Shown here: piece by piece, positions 18,315 to 31,100 of the stretch
Layout of the letters: each line of letters begins with the position of its first letter
Position numbering within the stretch: the stretch's first letter is position 1
Source: a bacterium
GTDB taxonomy: Bacteria > Zhuqueibacterota > Zhuqueibacteria > Zhuqueibacterales > Zhuqueibacteraceae
Direction of reading: 5' to 3'
Length of the DNA: 43,771 bases
Assembly (NCBI GenBank): GCA_044869275.1
Contig: JBIOXB010000250.1
Location: forward strand, 1-43,771
Translations under genes and position numbers: made by a program
Notes under the pieces: generated by a model
The model's input: the letters and a program-made list of their open reading frames with translations, nothing else
What the model was told of the DNA's origin: nothing
Database searches by the model: none

Positions 18315-21300
18315 TCATCTGACCACTACCATCTTCCTCGTTCTCGCACCATCAACCGTGAGCAAACGATAAAAATAAACTCCGCTACCTACTGTTCGTC
18401 CCTGCGCATCACGTCCATCCCACACGCGTTGGTGCCTGCCGGCGGGCAACTCCGCATGCTCGAGCACGGTTGCCACTTCGCGGCCGGCCAAATCGAAAAT
18501 TTTGATCGTGACTGCACTCTCTTCCGGCAGACCGAAAAGAATCGCAGTTTCGGGATTGAACGGGTTGGGAAAGTTTTGTTCCAGCACGAAATCCTCCGGC
18601 ACGCCGGTAAAGTTTGCGGTCTCCTCCAAAACATAATCTTCTCTGCCAACCACCAGGCGCAAGCGCTTGGGTTTGTCCAAGCCATGGGACTGATATTCAT
18701 AAATCGTGCGCTCACGCAAATTTTGTTTATAATTCATTTCTTCGTCCACGAGATAAAGCGCGAGTCTCGCCTCCATCTCGCGTAAGCCGTCGAATTGCAA
18801 TGTCACCATCTCGTGGCTGAAGTTACTCTCAACCATAAAATCCCAACGGTGATTGAGTGTCTCAGGCGAACGCATGTCCTCGCCATAGCGGTGAAATAGT
18901 TTCTGCCATTCGGTGTGTTGGAAATAAAGCGAGACAAAATCGCCGACAGGCGGCGGCTCCACCAAATCGGTTTCATCCCAGGCATCCTTGCTGGTGAAAC
19001 CGACGCCGGCAAAATTCTCAGTATCTCTCGCCTCGCCGCAGCGCGCAAGGATTTGAATCCGCCATTTTGCATTGCTGCTCGCTACGGTTCTCAGCCCGGA
19101 AAGCCCCGATCTCAAATCGGGATTCACCCAAAGTGTGTCATTGATCGTGCTGTTGTTGGCAATGTAATATCCTTGCCAAGGCACCATTTCATTGGCCGTC
19201 ACCCAGTTGCCGGCATAGGTGTGCAACACCACCACGCCGCCGCTTTGCAAGCGCACTTTGGGACTGATGAAATTAAACGGCGTCGCCACGAAGTTGTGTC
19301 CGGGCCGCAACGTAATGGAGTATTCCCCATCGGTTTTCACGGACTTGGCGCTGCCGATGGTGACGAATTTGCCCGGCTCTTTCACAATCAAAAGCAAGCT
19401 CTGGCCCGGCACAAACGCATTCGCGCCCACGTTTGGGAACTCGACAAAGGGGCGCTTGTTGGTGGTATCTTGGCTCGTCGCGTCTGGCGCCAATCCGAAG
19501 AGCCGCCACTTGGTATTGTCATATGCGCCAAGATCATCTTCCAAGATCGCTGCAGTTGAGGGATCATCCAGCTGCAGCGGTATGGAAATCAGACGATACG
19601 CCGTTGCCGCACTACCGCTCGCGAGCGCCGACGGTTTCGTTTCGCCGGTGACTTGTACTTGAATTGAAAAAACGCCGGACTGCGGCAGCCGGCTTTGCAC
19701 GTTGTCAAGGTCAGTTGCCACGGCGAAATATTCCACACCGCGCGAGGTCACGGCGTTTACGGGAATGTTCGCCTGATAACTATTGCCACCGATGAACGCC
19801 ATAATGGCCTCGGTGAAAGCCGGTTCGCCGCCACGACGATAGTACAATTGCACATCAGCCAAGCCGCCGTCGTCCGTAACGTTGATGCTGACAGTCAGGC
19901 TCTGGTCTCCCGGCTGCAATAAAGACGGCACGTGGGTAAGAATGGGCGCGGCATTCACTGTTGCCACAAAAATCGTGGCAACGGGCGCATGAGCTCCGTC
20001 ATTGGCGGTGAGCGTAATCGTCGCCATGCCGGGAGCAATCGCCGTCACGGTGAGCATACTACTTCCGGAAGGTAAAGCGACCAGGGCGACGTTTTCGGCA
20101 TTCGAGCTCGCCGTAAACGTCATGGCATCATCCTCGGGATCGTTGAAAACGGTGTTGAGATCGCGCGCAAAGGTTGCGCCCACGCTCCGCAAGCGTTGAT
20201 CCGTAATCGCATTCAGAACAATTGGGGGTTCGTTATCGTTTTTCACTGTGAAGGTTTGCGCCAACGAAGTGCCGCCACCCGGCGCCGCATTGGTGACAGA
20301 GAAATTGCGGTTACCCGGCGTTGCTGCAGCGGCAATGGTAATGCTTGCGGTCAAGCTAGTGATACTCTCCACCGTGATCGAGTTGACAGTGATGCCGTCT
20401 CCAACGTTTACCGTCGTGGCATCACTGAAAAAACTCGTGCCGGTAAAGACCACGTCAAGCGTTCGGTCAACCGCGCTGGTTGCGGGGTCTATACCGATCA
20501 AAGATGGGGCCGGGTTTTCGATCGTGAAGATTTGGCTGTTGGAAGTTTCAACGGAAAAATTGTGTGGGCCTGTCGCGGCCGCTGAGGTGATGGTCAAATT
20601 CGCCGTCAACTGCGTCGAGCTGTTCACGGTGGAGGAGTTGACGATGATGCCCGGTCCCACTTTCACGGTATTCCCACTGCTGAAATTGGTTCCTGTGAAG
20701 ACCACCTCGAGCGTTTCCAAGCGATTGCCGCGCACGGGCGAAATGCTCGCCAACGTCATGGTTTGCTCCCGCAGCTTGAAGGTTTGCATCGTGGAAGTGC
20801 CGCCGCCGGGCGCGCTGTTCGTCAGGGAAAAACTGCGAGTGCCTATGGCAGCAGAAGGAGAGATGGTGATATTCGCAGTCAAGCTGGTCGCACTGCTTAC
20901 CGTGATTGAGTTGATCGTAATACCGCTGCCCACATTCACGGTGGTAGCGTCGCTCAAAAAATTGCTGCCGGTAAAGACGACGTCCAGCGTTTGTGCGACG
21001 CTACCGGAATCAGGGCTGATACTCGTCAGGGTTGGCGCAGGATTGTTGACGGTAAAGATTTGGTTGTTTGAAGCGCCAACAGAAAAACTACGCGGGCCCG
21101 TGGCCGCGGCTGCGGTGATCGTGAGATCGGCGGTCAAGTCTGTCGAGCTGTTCACTGTCGAGGAGTTGACGGTGATGCCCGGTCCAACGATCACGTTCAA
21201 CCCCGCCGTGAAATTGGTCCCCGTAAACGCCACGTTCAATCGCTGCAAGCGATTGCCGCTTACCGGGGAGAGGTTGGTCAACGTCACCGGCGAGGGCTGG

Positions 21301-24300
21301 ACAGTGAACGTTCGAATCGCCGAGATTCCGCCGCCGGGGCCGCTGTTGGTAACGGAAAAATTGCGATCACCTGTTGCCGCTGCCGATGTGATCGTAAGGT
21401 TTGCGGTCAAGCTGGTGTTGTTATTTACGGCAACGGAGTTGACCGTAATGCCGGCACCGGCGGCTACAGTCGTAGCGTCACTTAGAAAATTCGTACCAGT
21501 GAAAACCACGTCCAGCGTTTGCCCAGCAATACCGGCGGCAGGGCTGACGCCCGTCAACGTTGGAACGGGATTGTTGACCGTAAAAGTGGCGCTGTTGGAA
21601 GTGCTTACCGAAAAACTGCGTGGCCCCGTCACCGCCGTTGCTGTGATCGTGATATTCGCGGTCAATTGCGTGTCACTATTCACCGTCACCGTATTCAAGT
21701 TAATACCCGGCCCCACATTCACGGGCAGGCCGGTGCCGAAATTGGTGCCGGTAAACACCACGTTCAGAGTTTGCAGCCGATTACCGCTGGCCGGATTGAT
21801 CTCCCGCAGAGTCAGGCTGGTAGAAGTGGTAAAACGAAAGACGCTGGAATAGACGCTGGTACCGAACAGGTTCTTCGCATGCACGCGCCAATAATACGTG
21901 GTATTGCTTGCCAGTGTAGGAACTTGCTTTGCAGTGGCGGTGATCGTAGAATCATCAAAAACGATGCTGGGGGAAGGAAAGAGTACCTCCGTGGCAACTT
22001 GTAAACGATAAGAAGTCGCACCCAAAGAGGCGCTCCAAGACAATGTGGGCGGAAGCGGCAGCTCGGTCGCCCCGTCCGCCGGCAAAACGAGCAACGGCGC
22101 GCTTAGTTTCGAGGTGGCACTGTTCGTGCCGCCGTATGTGCCCATGTTGATGCGCCCGCCATTGGGCGCAGGCTCGGCGCTGAAGGGATCGGCTGGATCG
22201 CCGGCATCTAGGGTCGGCGAAGTATTGTTGACGCGATAATCGCCATTCACGGGATCGAGATATTTAGGATCCAAGCTGATATCGCCAAGGCCGGGGACGC
22301 CGCCACTCGTATAGTTGAAAATGTTCTTGAAAAAGTCGTTGTACCGATAAGCGCTATTGCTGATAATGCCCACCAGACCGAAATTGTTGTTGGTTACAAT
22401 GTTGTTTTTGATCACGACCGACGAGCCTTGGCCGCCGGAGACGCTGATCGCGCGAATACAACTGTCAATGGTGTTATTCACAAAAACCACCGGGCCGGAA
22501 ATCTCGGCTCCGTATCCGTTCCCTTTTCGAATTCCGGTGATGAGATTGTGCGAGACGGTCGCTGCAGCGTTCAAATCCAAAGCGGTTTCCGCCAAGTCGT
22601 TACCGTCGAACACGAAGCCGTCGATCGTGCAGCCTTTGGTGTCTGCCAGCATGGTGGTGTTGACGGCTTGCAGGACGGTCTTGTTGGCAAAAATATCTCG
22701 GCCGGAAGTGAAAAAGCCGCTGGCATAGCCGCCGAGCAAAACGATTTTGAATTGCGGTACGACGGTTTCGCTGTAAATCCCGGCCCCAATCTTGATGGTG
22801 TCACCCTCAGCTGCACGCAACAAGGCCGTGGAGATATTTCGCAGCGGCGCAAGAGCAGCGCCGCTGTTGTCATCGCTGCCGGTGACGGAAACATGTAAAG
22901 ATTTGTTCGTTGAGGGAATTCCGAAGATAAATAGGCCATAATCACCTTGAGCTTCTCCAGGGTAATCGTCGCTTGCCAAAACGGTGTAAGTGCCCGTACT
23001 GGGCAAAGTCGCTTGCATTTCAGCTTGCGCGCTGTTTGAGGCCGCGATTAAGGAATCCCCTTGGGGATTGAACAGTTCAATGAAAGGTTCTATGAAAAAA
23101 GGAGAATTTTCAGACATCCGTAGGGTGATCTTGTCTCCGCTGCGGCCGCCAAAGGAATATGTATCAACCTCGCCCACTCCGGAAATACTGCCCGCTTTGG
23201 TGTCGCCATATGCAAAAGAGACGGCATTGCCGGGATTGGAGGTTCGTTGAAGAAATATGCCGTAGCTGCCAATATCTTCTCCAGGATGGCCATCACTCAC
23301 CAAAATGGTGTAAAGGCCGGTCTCGGGCAAGGCTTTCCTTATCCTTGCCTGCCCAACGTCCTGTTTTGCGCTTAGCAAAGCCCCTTGCGGTGTGAATAAC
23401 TCAATGAAAGGCTCTGAAGAATAGGGAGAATCCTCCGTCAGCCGCGCCACGACGACATCCCCGGCGGATGCTGTAAACGTGTAGGTGTCTATTTCGCCAA
23501 CTTGCGAAATGCTGCTGGTAATCGTATTGCCATAAGCAAGGGCCGTAGAATTTCCCGGATTAAATGCACGCTGCAGAAACAAGCCATAGTCGCCAATATC
23601 ATCCCCGGGATAGTAATCGCTGACCAAAATGGTATAGCGACCACCTTCGGGCAAACTCTTGTTGATCGCAGCCTGTCCAATATCATTATCCGAGATCAAC
23701 GAATCTCCCGTAGGAGTAAACAGTTCAATGAGAGGCTCGAGAAAATAAGGGGAAGTCTCGGTCAGCCGCACGATGGCTAGGTCTCCAGCCGCAGCAGTAA
23801 ATGTATAGGTGTCTATCTCACCGGCTTTTGAAATACCGCTGGCAATCGTATTGCCATAGGCAATTGGTGTTGCATTACCTGGATTGGATGTGCGCTGCAG
23901 GAACAATCCATAGGGGCCAGTTTCGTCTCCGCCCTGATCGCTTGCAAAAATCGTATAGACTCCATCCGCGGGCAAAGTGGCGAAGGTTCTGGCTTGTCCT
24001 GCATCTGAAGCCGCTTTTAGCGGAGCTCCCATTGGCGTCAGCAACTGAATCGTCGGTTCCAAGAAATAAGGAGAATCTTCGGCCATTCGAATCAGCACTT
24101 TGTCGTTTTTGATGCCGCTAAAAGTATATACATCTGTCTCACCGGCTTGGGAAATATTTCCGGCTATATTCTCGCCGAAATTGATTGGCGTGGGAGATGG
24201 TGTAAAATCTGCCGTTACGCTTTTGGCAGAGTTCATGGTGAAAGAAAGCGGATTGGCGGTGCCCGAGGCATCTCCACTCCAGCCGGAAAATGAATAACTG

Positions 24301-25088
24301 GTATTCGCGTTGGCTTGCAGAGATACCTGTATGTTGCTTTGATACCAAGAATCAGATGAAGCAGGAGTGGGGACAATCGTACCTCCCGCGGGCGGCGAAG
24401 GGGTCAGCGTCAAGAGATATTCCGTACTGTAAAACGCGGTATAAGTCGTGTTTTGCTCGAGCACTATAATGGAATGGGCTTGCGCCCCGCCGTCGCTCCA
24501 GGAATCGAAAAAAGACCGCGTACCGCTGGATTGAAAATAGAGCGCCTCCAGGTTATGCTGGCTGCCGATGAACCAAGTAAAAGTGCGTGGGGCGGTGTAG
24601 GAGATGCCATCCACCTTGATTGGCCGCCCGGGCCCTACGGTATTCACGGTGACCTCGACCTTCCCCGGCTCCAGCCTCAAGCCAACCCAATCCGGATCCA
24701 CGCCATAGTTCAGTGCGTACAATAATACGTCATCGGTAAATCGCCGGAACTCCAATCTGAAATCATAGGTGCCCTGATCAGTGACGCGCAAATTGCTATA
24801 ATCAAACCCGTTGGGCCCGGGGATGAGGTTAGCCGTATCCATGAGCGCTAAGCTCGAAACGTTAAAAGAGTTTCGTTGCAAGAGATAGCGGCGTACTCGC
24901 TGCTCCGAGCTCGAAGATACGTCACAAGTCAATCGAAACGTTTCGTAATAACCATTGTCGTCTCGATCTTCGAGCAGTTGCGAGGTGGCACTGACAAGGG
25001 TGATCGTCTGGCCCTGCGCAACCAGCGGCAGGGTAAGTAAAAGGCAGGTGCTGAACAGTCCAATTAACGGAACCGACGTTTTTTTCAT
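18315..25088 (-). CDS. giant secreted modular protein: InlB-B-like repeat, 4 PPC domains, beta-helix (DUF1565-like), FN3-like, 6 IPT/TIG, Ig-like, shared C-terminal module + sorting domain
   Basis: ATG 25088 follows GGGAGA and starts a signal peptide. Motifs: YSFSGWSGDASG, four 'ISxxGExDxYxF' repeats, GSDDNSG...PLRNI, GGRINMGTYGGT, TYYWRV, six 'VxFTGxxF' repeats and QNFPNPFNPET. Confidence 0.9.
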   Translation of the reverse strand: MKKTSVPLIGLFSTCLLLTLPLVAQGQTITLVSATSQLLEDRDDNGYYETFRLTCDVSSSSEQRVRRYLLQRNSFNVSSLALMDTANLIPGPNGFDYSNLRVTDQGTYDFRLEFRRFTDDVLLYALNYGVDPDWVGLRLEPGKVEVTVNTVGPGRPIKVDGISYTAPRTFTWFIGSQHNLEALYFQSSGTRSFFDSWSDGGAQAHSIIVLEQNTTYTAFYSTEYLLTLTPSPPAGGTIVPTPASSDSWYQSNIQVSLQANANTSYSFSGWSGDASGTANPLSFTMNSAKSVTADFTPSPTPINFGENIAGNISQAGETDVYTFSGIKNDKVLIRMAEDSPYFLEPTIQLLTPMGAPLKAASDAGQARTFATLPADGVYTIFASDQGGDETGPYGLFLQRTSNPGNATPIAYGNTIASGISKAGEIDTYTFTAAAGDLAIVRLTETSPYFLEPLIELFTPTGDSLISDNDIGQAAINKSLPEGGRYTILVSDYYPGDDIGDYGLFLQRAFNPGNSTALAYGNTITSSISQVGEIDTYTFTASAGDVVVARLTEDSPYSSEPFIELFTPQGALLSAKQDVGQARIRKALPETGLYTILVSDGHPGEDIGSYGIFLQRTSNPGNAVSFAYGDTKAGSISGVGEVDTYSFGGRSGDKITLRMSENSPFFIEPFIELFNPQGDSLIAASNSAQAEMQATLPSTGTYTVLASDDYPGEAQGDYGLFIFGIPSTNKSLHVSVTGSDDNSGAALAPLRNISTALLRAAEGDTIKIGAGIYSETVVPQFKIVLLGGYASGFFTSGRDIFANKTVLQAVNTTMLADTKGCTIDGFVFDGNDLAETALDLNAAATVSHNLITGIRKGNGYGAEISGPVVFVNNTIDSCIRAISVSGGQGSSVVIKNNIVTNNNFGLVGIISNSAYRYNDFFKNIFNYTSGGVPGLGDISLDPKYLDPVNGDYRVNNTSPTLDAGDPADPFSAEPAPNGGRINMGTYGGTNSATSKLSAPLLVLPADGATELPLPPTLSWSASLGATSYRLQVATEVLFPSPSIVFDDSTITATAKQVPTLASNTTYYWRVHAKNLFGTSVYSSVFRFTTSTSLTLREINPASGNRLQTLNVVFTGTNFGTGLPVNVGPGINLNTVTVNSDTQLTANITITATAVTGPRSFSVSTSNSATFTVNNPVPTLTGVSPAAGIAGQTLDVVFTGTNFLSDATTVAAGAGITVNSVAVNNNTSLTANLTITSAAATGDRNFSVTNSGPGGGISAIRTFTVQPSPVTLTNLSPVSGNRLQRLNVAFTGTNFTAGLNVIVGPGITVNSSTVNSSTDLTADLTITAAAATGPRSFSVGASNNQIFTVNNPAPTLTSISPDSGSVAQTLDVVFTGSNFLSDATTVNVGSGITINSITVSSATSLTANITISPSAAIGTRSFSLTNSAPGGGTSTMQTFKLREQTMTLASISPVRGNRLETLEVVFTGTNFSSGNTVKVGPGIIVNSSTVNSSTQLTANLTITSAAATGPHNFSVETSNSQIFTIENPAPSLIGIDPATSAVDRTLDVVFTGTSFFSDATTVNVGDGITVNSITVESITSLTASITIAAAATPGNRNFSVTNAAPGGGTSLAQTFTVKNDNEPPIVLNAITDQRLRSVGATFARDLNTVFNDPEDDAMTFTASSNAENVALVALPSGSSMLTVTAIAPGMATITLTANDGAHAPVATIFVATVNAAPILTHVPSLLQPGDQSLTVSINVTDDGGLADVQLYYRRGGEPAFTEAIMAFIGGNSYQANIPVNAVTSRGVEYFAVATDLDNVQSRLPQSGVFSIQVQVTGETKPSALASGSAATAYRLISIPLQLDDPSTAAILEDDLGAYDNTKWRLFGLAPDATSQDTTNKRPFVEFPNVGANAFVPGQSLLLIVKEPGKFVTIGSAKSVKTDGEYSITLRPGHNFVATPFNFISPKVRLQSGGVVVLHTYAGNWVTANEMVPWQGYYIANNSTINDTLWVNPDLRSGLSGLRTVASSNAKWRIQILARCGEARDTENFAGVGFTSKDAWDETDLVEPPPVGDFVSLYFQHTEWQKLFHRYGEDMRSPETLNHRWDFMVESNFSHEMVTLQFDGLREMEARLALYLVDEEMNYKQNLRERTIYEYQSHGLDKPKRLRLVVGREDYVLEETANFTGVPEDFVLEQNFPNPFNPETAILFGLPEESAVTIKIFDLAGREVATVLEHAELPAGRHQRVWDGRDAQGRTVGSGVYFYRLLTVDGARTRKMVVVR

Positions 25089-25140
25089 TCTAATTTCTCC
25101 CATCAAGCATAGCGCGAGAATGTTAATCTAACAACTGCCT

Positions 25141-28100
25141 TTACTTCAGCACTGCCATTTTCATTACCCTCACGATGCGTGGTGCAGTCAAACGGCAGAA
25201 ATAAACGCCGTTGGACACGGCATGACCCGACGCATCACGTCCATCCCACACCCGCTGATGCCGGCCCGCAGGCAACTCCACATGCTCGAGCACCGTCGCC
25301 ACTTCACGGCCGGCGAGATCGTAAATCCTGAGCGTCACCGTGCTCTGTTGCGGCAGTCCGAAACGAATCGCAGTTTCGGGATTGAACGGGTTGGGGAAAT
25401 TTTGTTCCAGCACAAAGTCCTTGGGAACACCCGCGGTGTTCGCAGTCGCATCAGATACATATTCTTCCTTGCCAACCACCAAGCTCAAGCGTTTGGGCTT
25501 GTCCAAGCCGCGGGATTGATATTCATATGTCGTTTGCTCGCGCAGGTTTTGTTTGTAATTCAGCTCTTCGTCCACGAGATAAACAGCGAGTGCCGGCTCC
25601 ACCTCCTGCAGGCCCGCGATTTCTAATGTCACCATCTCACGGCTAATATTGCTTTCCACCACAAAATCCCAGCGCTGGTTGAGCGTTGCCGGTGAGCGCA
25701 TATCATCGCTGTAGCGGTCGAGTGGCTTTTGCCATTCGGGATGCGGGAAATAGAGCGAAACATATTCGCCGATTGGCGGGGGCTCGACCAGGTCTTTGTC
25801 ATCCCAGCCGTTATCGCTGCGTGAAGCAACGCCTGCAAAATTTTCCGTGTCGACTGTTTCGTCGCAATGAGCGAAAATTTGAATGCGCCAACTGACGTCA
25901 TTGTTCTCGTTTCTTACCGTGGATGAAAGCAAGCCCGATGGGAGATTCGGATTTATAAAAAGAATATCAGCGCTCGTGCTGTTGTTGGCAAGATAATACC
26001 CTTCCCACGGCGTAAGACTATCGGCTGATACCCAACTGCCGGTGTAGGTTCGCAGCACGATAGCGCCGTTGCTTTGAAGACGTAAGTTATTGCCGCCAAC
26101 GATGAAGTTAAATGGCGAGGCAATGAAATTATGCCCGGGTACCAATGTGATTCTGAACTCCTCGTCGGTCTCTAAGGACCGGCCCGGCCCGGCGTCAATC
26201 TGCTTGTTGGCTTCTTTGACGATCAAAAACAAACTTTTCCCTGGTGCAAAAATGCCCGTTTGAGAAACCTCAACATAAGGCGCTTTATTACCGAAGGGCT
26301 CTCCGGCTGCGAGTCCGAAGAGCCGCCATTTGGCACTATCGTAAGCGCCAAGATCGTCCACCAAAACGTCAGCAGCGGAAGTATTGTCCAACTGAAAAGA
26401 GACGGAGACGAGCCGATAAGCATCGAGGGCACTGCCCCCCGGTTGCACGGTCGGTTTGGTTGCAATGCTTACCAGAATAGGAAGCGAGATCACTTTGGGG
26501 GATTCTGGATTCCGCGTCTCAGCACCGTCCACATCCTTGGCCAAGATGAAGTACTCGATCCCACGAGAGTCAGATATTCCTGCCGGAGTAATTGCTTCAT
26601 AAGTACTGCCGCTTTTTAGTGTCATCGGCAGGGAAGCAAAACCGATCTCACCACCTCGACGGTAGTTCAGCGCAGCGCTGGCAATGCCCGTGTCGTCGGT
26701 GAGGTTGGCTTGAATGGCGATCTGCTGGCCACTTGGTTGAGGTGCCAGCGGCGTCACCACGATGGCCGGAGGTTGATTCGGTCTGAGAATTACCGTGACC
26801 ACAAAAGTTGTCGAGTCCATTCCGCCCTTGTTATCATAGGCTGTTATCGTGATCGTTGCACTGTCAGGCGCCACGGGAGCAACGGTAAGTGTACTGGCCG
26901 AGAGGCTTGCTGTTGCGATATTCGGCGCGCTCGATCTGGCCGTATATTCCAGTGCGTCGCCATCGGGATCATTGAACACCGGGGGGGTGGCATTCAAATC
27001 GCGCCTGAATGATAAATCGCCCACGATCAGGGTTCTGTCGGAAATAGGATCCCACACGAGCGGCGGACGGTTGGGGATCGGACTCGTTGTAAACGTCATC
27101 TCCGCGCCATTTGTTGTACCAACGCTATTTGTCCCGACGGCGCGATAATGATATAGCGTGTTGGGCGCAAGGCTCGTCACCACGGCGCTGACCGAAACCG
27201 TGTCAGTTCCGGTCACCGGGCTTGGCATAGCAGCAACTTCGCTCCCGTAGCTCGTCGTGACACCGTATTGGAATTTGACCGTAGCGCTGAGGCCGTTCGG
27301 ATTCACCATCGCATTGAGCGTAGCAGAAGCTGTGGTCACATGCGTCGCTGCACTGGTGACGACCGCCGGAGCGCTCCCGCTCTCGGTAGTCGTAAAGCTT
27401 CGGTTCGCGCCTTCCGTTCTCCCGGCATTATTTGTTGCTACCACACGATAATGATAGCTCGTGTTCGGTAAGAGCCCCGTTAGTCGAGAGCTAACCGCTA
27501 TGGTGGCAGCGCCGTTCACAGGGCTCGGTGTTGCTGAGATTTGATTGCCGTAGCTCGTGCTCATGCCATATTCGAACATGACCGTCGTGCTGAGATTATT
27601 GGGATTTACGGTGCCATTGAGCGTGATGGAAATCGAGGTAATATTGGTTGCTTCATTCGTGGTGACGGTGGGCAAGGGCAGATTAGTCGTGGTAAAGGTT
27701 TGGTCGTCACCATGCGTTATGCCGGTGTTATTTTCCCCCACGAGGCGATAGTGATACAACGTGTTTGGTATGAGCGTCGATAGTGTGGCCTTGACGGCAA
27801 CTGCACCGACGCCGCTTGCGGGGCTGGGCGTTGCAGTGATTTCGTCGCCGTAGCTCGCAGTGGTGCCGTATTGAAATCTGATGCTCGTACTGAGGCCATT
27901 CGGGTTCACCATGCCATTCAGGGTGGCAGAATTTGTGCCTACTTCTGTTGCTGCATTGGTCGTGACCATGGGCGCGGCGCCGGTAACAAAGATTTGATCT
28001 GCGCCGTTGGTGGTGCCGGCGCTATTCGTGGCAACGGCACGATAGTGAAATATCACGCCAGAAGCCAAGCCGGTTAACGCCGTGCTGACCGAAATTGCGT

Positions 28101-31100
28101 TGGCACCGGTTATCGGGCTCGGCATTGCAATGGTTTCGCTGCCGTAGCTGGTAGTGGTGCCGTATTGAAATTTAACGGTTGCGCTGAGGCCATTCGGATT
28201 TACGGTCGCACGAAGAGTACTGGAAGTCGTGGTCACGTCTGTCGCAGCATCGGTGCTAACTGTGGGTGCCGCGCCGGTAACCAGGGCCTGATCCATGCCA
28301 TTAGTTGTACCGGCGCTGTTCGTGGCAACGACACGGTAGTGAAATACAGTACCAGTAGCCAGCCCGGTTAGGGCCGCATTGACCGAAACTGCACTGTCCC
28401 CGGTGACCGGGCTTGGCCTTGCCGTGGTTTCGCTGCCGTAGCTCGTGCTGGTGCCATATTGAAATTTGACGCTTGTGCTCAGACCATTCGGGTTCACTGT
28501 GCCGTTCAGCGTGGCGGAATTGGCATTAATATCTGTTGCCGCATTGGTAGTGGCCGCCGGTGGGACCCCGGTGGTGGAAAAACTCTGGTTCGCGCCTCGT
28601 GTTGTCCCGGCATCGTTTGTCGCCGCCACGCGATAATGATAGGAGGTGTTCGGCAAAAACTCCATCACTTGAGCGCGCACTGCTACCGTGGTGGTACCAT
28701 TGACCGGGCTCGGCGAGGCCAAAATCTCGTTGCCATAACTCATCGTCGTACCATATTCGAATATGACTGTCGTGCTCAGATTATTGGGATTTACGGTGCC
28801 ATTGAGCGTGGCCGAAGATGCGCTTATGTTGCTTGCATCGTTCGTGGTGACGGTGGGCAAAGGCAGAGTCGTCGTGGTAAAAGTTTGATCATCGCCATTG
28901 CTCGTTCCGGCGCTATTCGTTGCCACCACACGATAATGGAATGCTGTGTTGGGGGCCAGGCCGGCCAGCGCCGCGCCGGCCGAGAAGACGCTGGCGCCAG
29001 CCACCGGGCTTGGCGTTGCCATGATTTCACTGCCATAGCTCGTGGTGGTGCCATACTGGAATTTAACGGTCGTGCTGAAGCCGTTCGGATTCACGGTCGC
29101 GTTGAGAGTGGCGGAGGTCGTGGTCACATTTGTCGCCGCATTGGTGATGGCGGTGGGCGCAGCGCCCGTGAAAAAAGTTTGATTCGTACCCGTGGTCGTT
29201 CCAGCGCTATTCGTTGCTATGATGCGATAGTTGAATGCTGCGCCGGTGGCAAGGCCCGTGAGATTGGCGCTCACGGAAATAGTGCTTGAGCCTGCCGCTT
29301 CACTCGGCGTTGCGGTTATTTCATTCCCATAACTCGTCGTGGCGCCGTACTGAAACTTGATGGCAGTGCTGAGGTTGTTGGGGTTGACTGCGCCGTTGAG
29401 TGTGGCGGAGGTAGTGCTTACATTCGTCGCTAACCCAGTGGTGACAGTAGGGGCTGTGCCTGCAACTGGGACGGTCACCATCTGCTCTGCTGCGAATAAG
29501 GATCCAGCAAAAGCATTGTCAATAGCCTGGACACTCCAGTAATATGTCGCTCCTTGTTGCAGATTTTTGATCGTCCAACTATTGCGATGATTCATATTGC
29601 CCAATTGCGGAACCCGGCGAAAGCCGGTAGGATCAGCCATAGGCGAAAAAATTTCGCCGCCACGAGGCGTCGTGCCCACATGCAAATTATATGTCAAAGC
29701 ATTCGGCGAGGTTTGAACATCGCTTGCTTTGCTCCAACTAAATGTGAGGGAATTTCCGTTTGCCAACGTGCCAAGATTAGTCGGTGTGGTGGGAACGGTG
29801 TTCTGAGTTCCGCCGTCGTTGCGGTAGACTTTGACAACCCGGCTGCCGGACATGTCTTCTCCGGTTAAAACGATGTCCAAATCTCCATCTTTGTCATAAT
29901 CGCCCCAGGCCGCGGCGCTTTCATAAACGTCCGTGAACAACCCGGCAAGGCTGATGAAACTGCCATTGTCATTGCGATAAATACGAGAGCTGGCGCCGTT
30001 CCCTGTGCCCGTGGTGGTGCCGGTCAACAAAATATCCAAATCGCCGTCGTTGTCATAGTCGCCCCAGACCGCGGACCCATTCTCAACACCCGTTAGGCCG
30101 GCATTGATATCCGAAAAGGTTTCATTCTTGTTATTAAGATAGACTTTGGCAATGCGATTGCCATTGCGATCGCGCCCGGCTAACAAAATGTCTAAGTAGC
30201 TGTCGCTATTATAATCACCCCAGGCCACGCTGCCTGCCAAAACTCCCGCCAAATTTGCGCTGTTGTTGGCAAAACTGCCATTACTGTTCTTGTAAACGAA
30301 GGTAACCGGTGTGTCTGAAATATCTTGACCGGCCATCAAAATATCTAAATCTCCATCGTTATCATAATCGCCCCAAGCCACGGTGCTGCCACCCGCCAGG
30401 TTTATCAAGTTGGCATTGATCGGTGCAAAAGTGCCTGCGGTATTGCGATAGATTTCCGAAAGATTGACTCCCGTGCCCGGAGAACCCGTCAACAAAATAT
30501 CCAAATCGCCGTCATTGTCGTAGTCGCCCCAGGCGGCGGTGCCGTTGCGTGTTCCGGGCAATCCCGCGAAAATCCGGGAAAATGTGCCAGTGCGATTATT
30601 ATGATAGACTTCGGTAAATCTCTCCGTGCCAGAGCCGCTCGCGTCGCCTGTCAATAGAATATCCACGTATCCGTCGTTGTCATAATCGCCCCACGCCACG
30701 GAACCATCGCGCACGCCCAGTAGTGAGGTGACTCTCAGCGCAAAAATGCTTGAGCCCTCATTGCGATAAACACGGGACATTTCACTGCCGTTACTGTCCC
30801 GGCCGGCCAACAAAATGTCTAGATTGTTGTCATTGTCATAATCGCCCCAAGCGACCGAGCTGCCACTCGCTCCCGTCAACGCGGCGGAAATATCGGTGAA
30901 AGTTTGTGCTGTTGGAGTGGTAATCGCAACATTATCGACACACACCGTGCTCTGGTATGAGCCGAAGCCGATGTAGCCCGTGACATATGAGCCATCGCTA
31001 ACTTGGAAAAGCAACTGATTATCAACATAAACCGTAATCGCCGGTGCCTGCCGCACGATACGGAGGCGGTGGTATTGATTGTCGCTGGCAAAGCTCCCTG

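Noticed and set aside
20248..21852. 534-aa plus-strand ORF, and similar long antisense ORFs at 13619, 28459, 33258, 33786 and 37257
   Set aside because: These are antisense shadows of Thr/Asn/Gly-rich repeat genes. Their recurrence only mirrors the sense-strand repeats.
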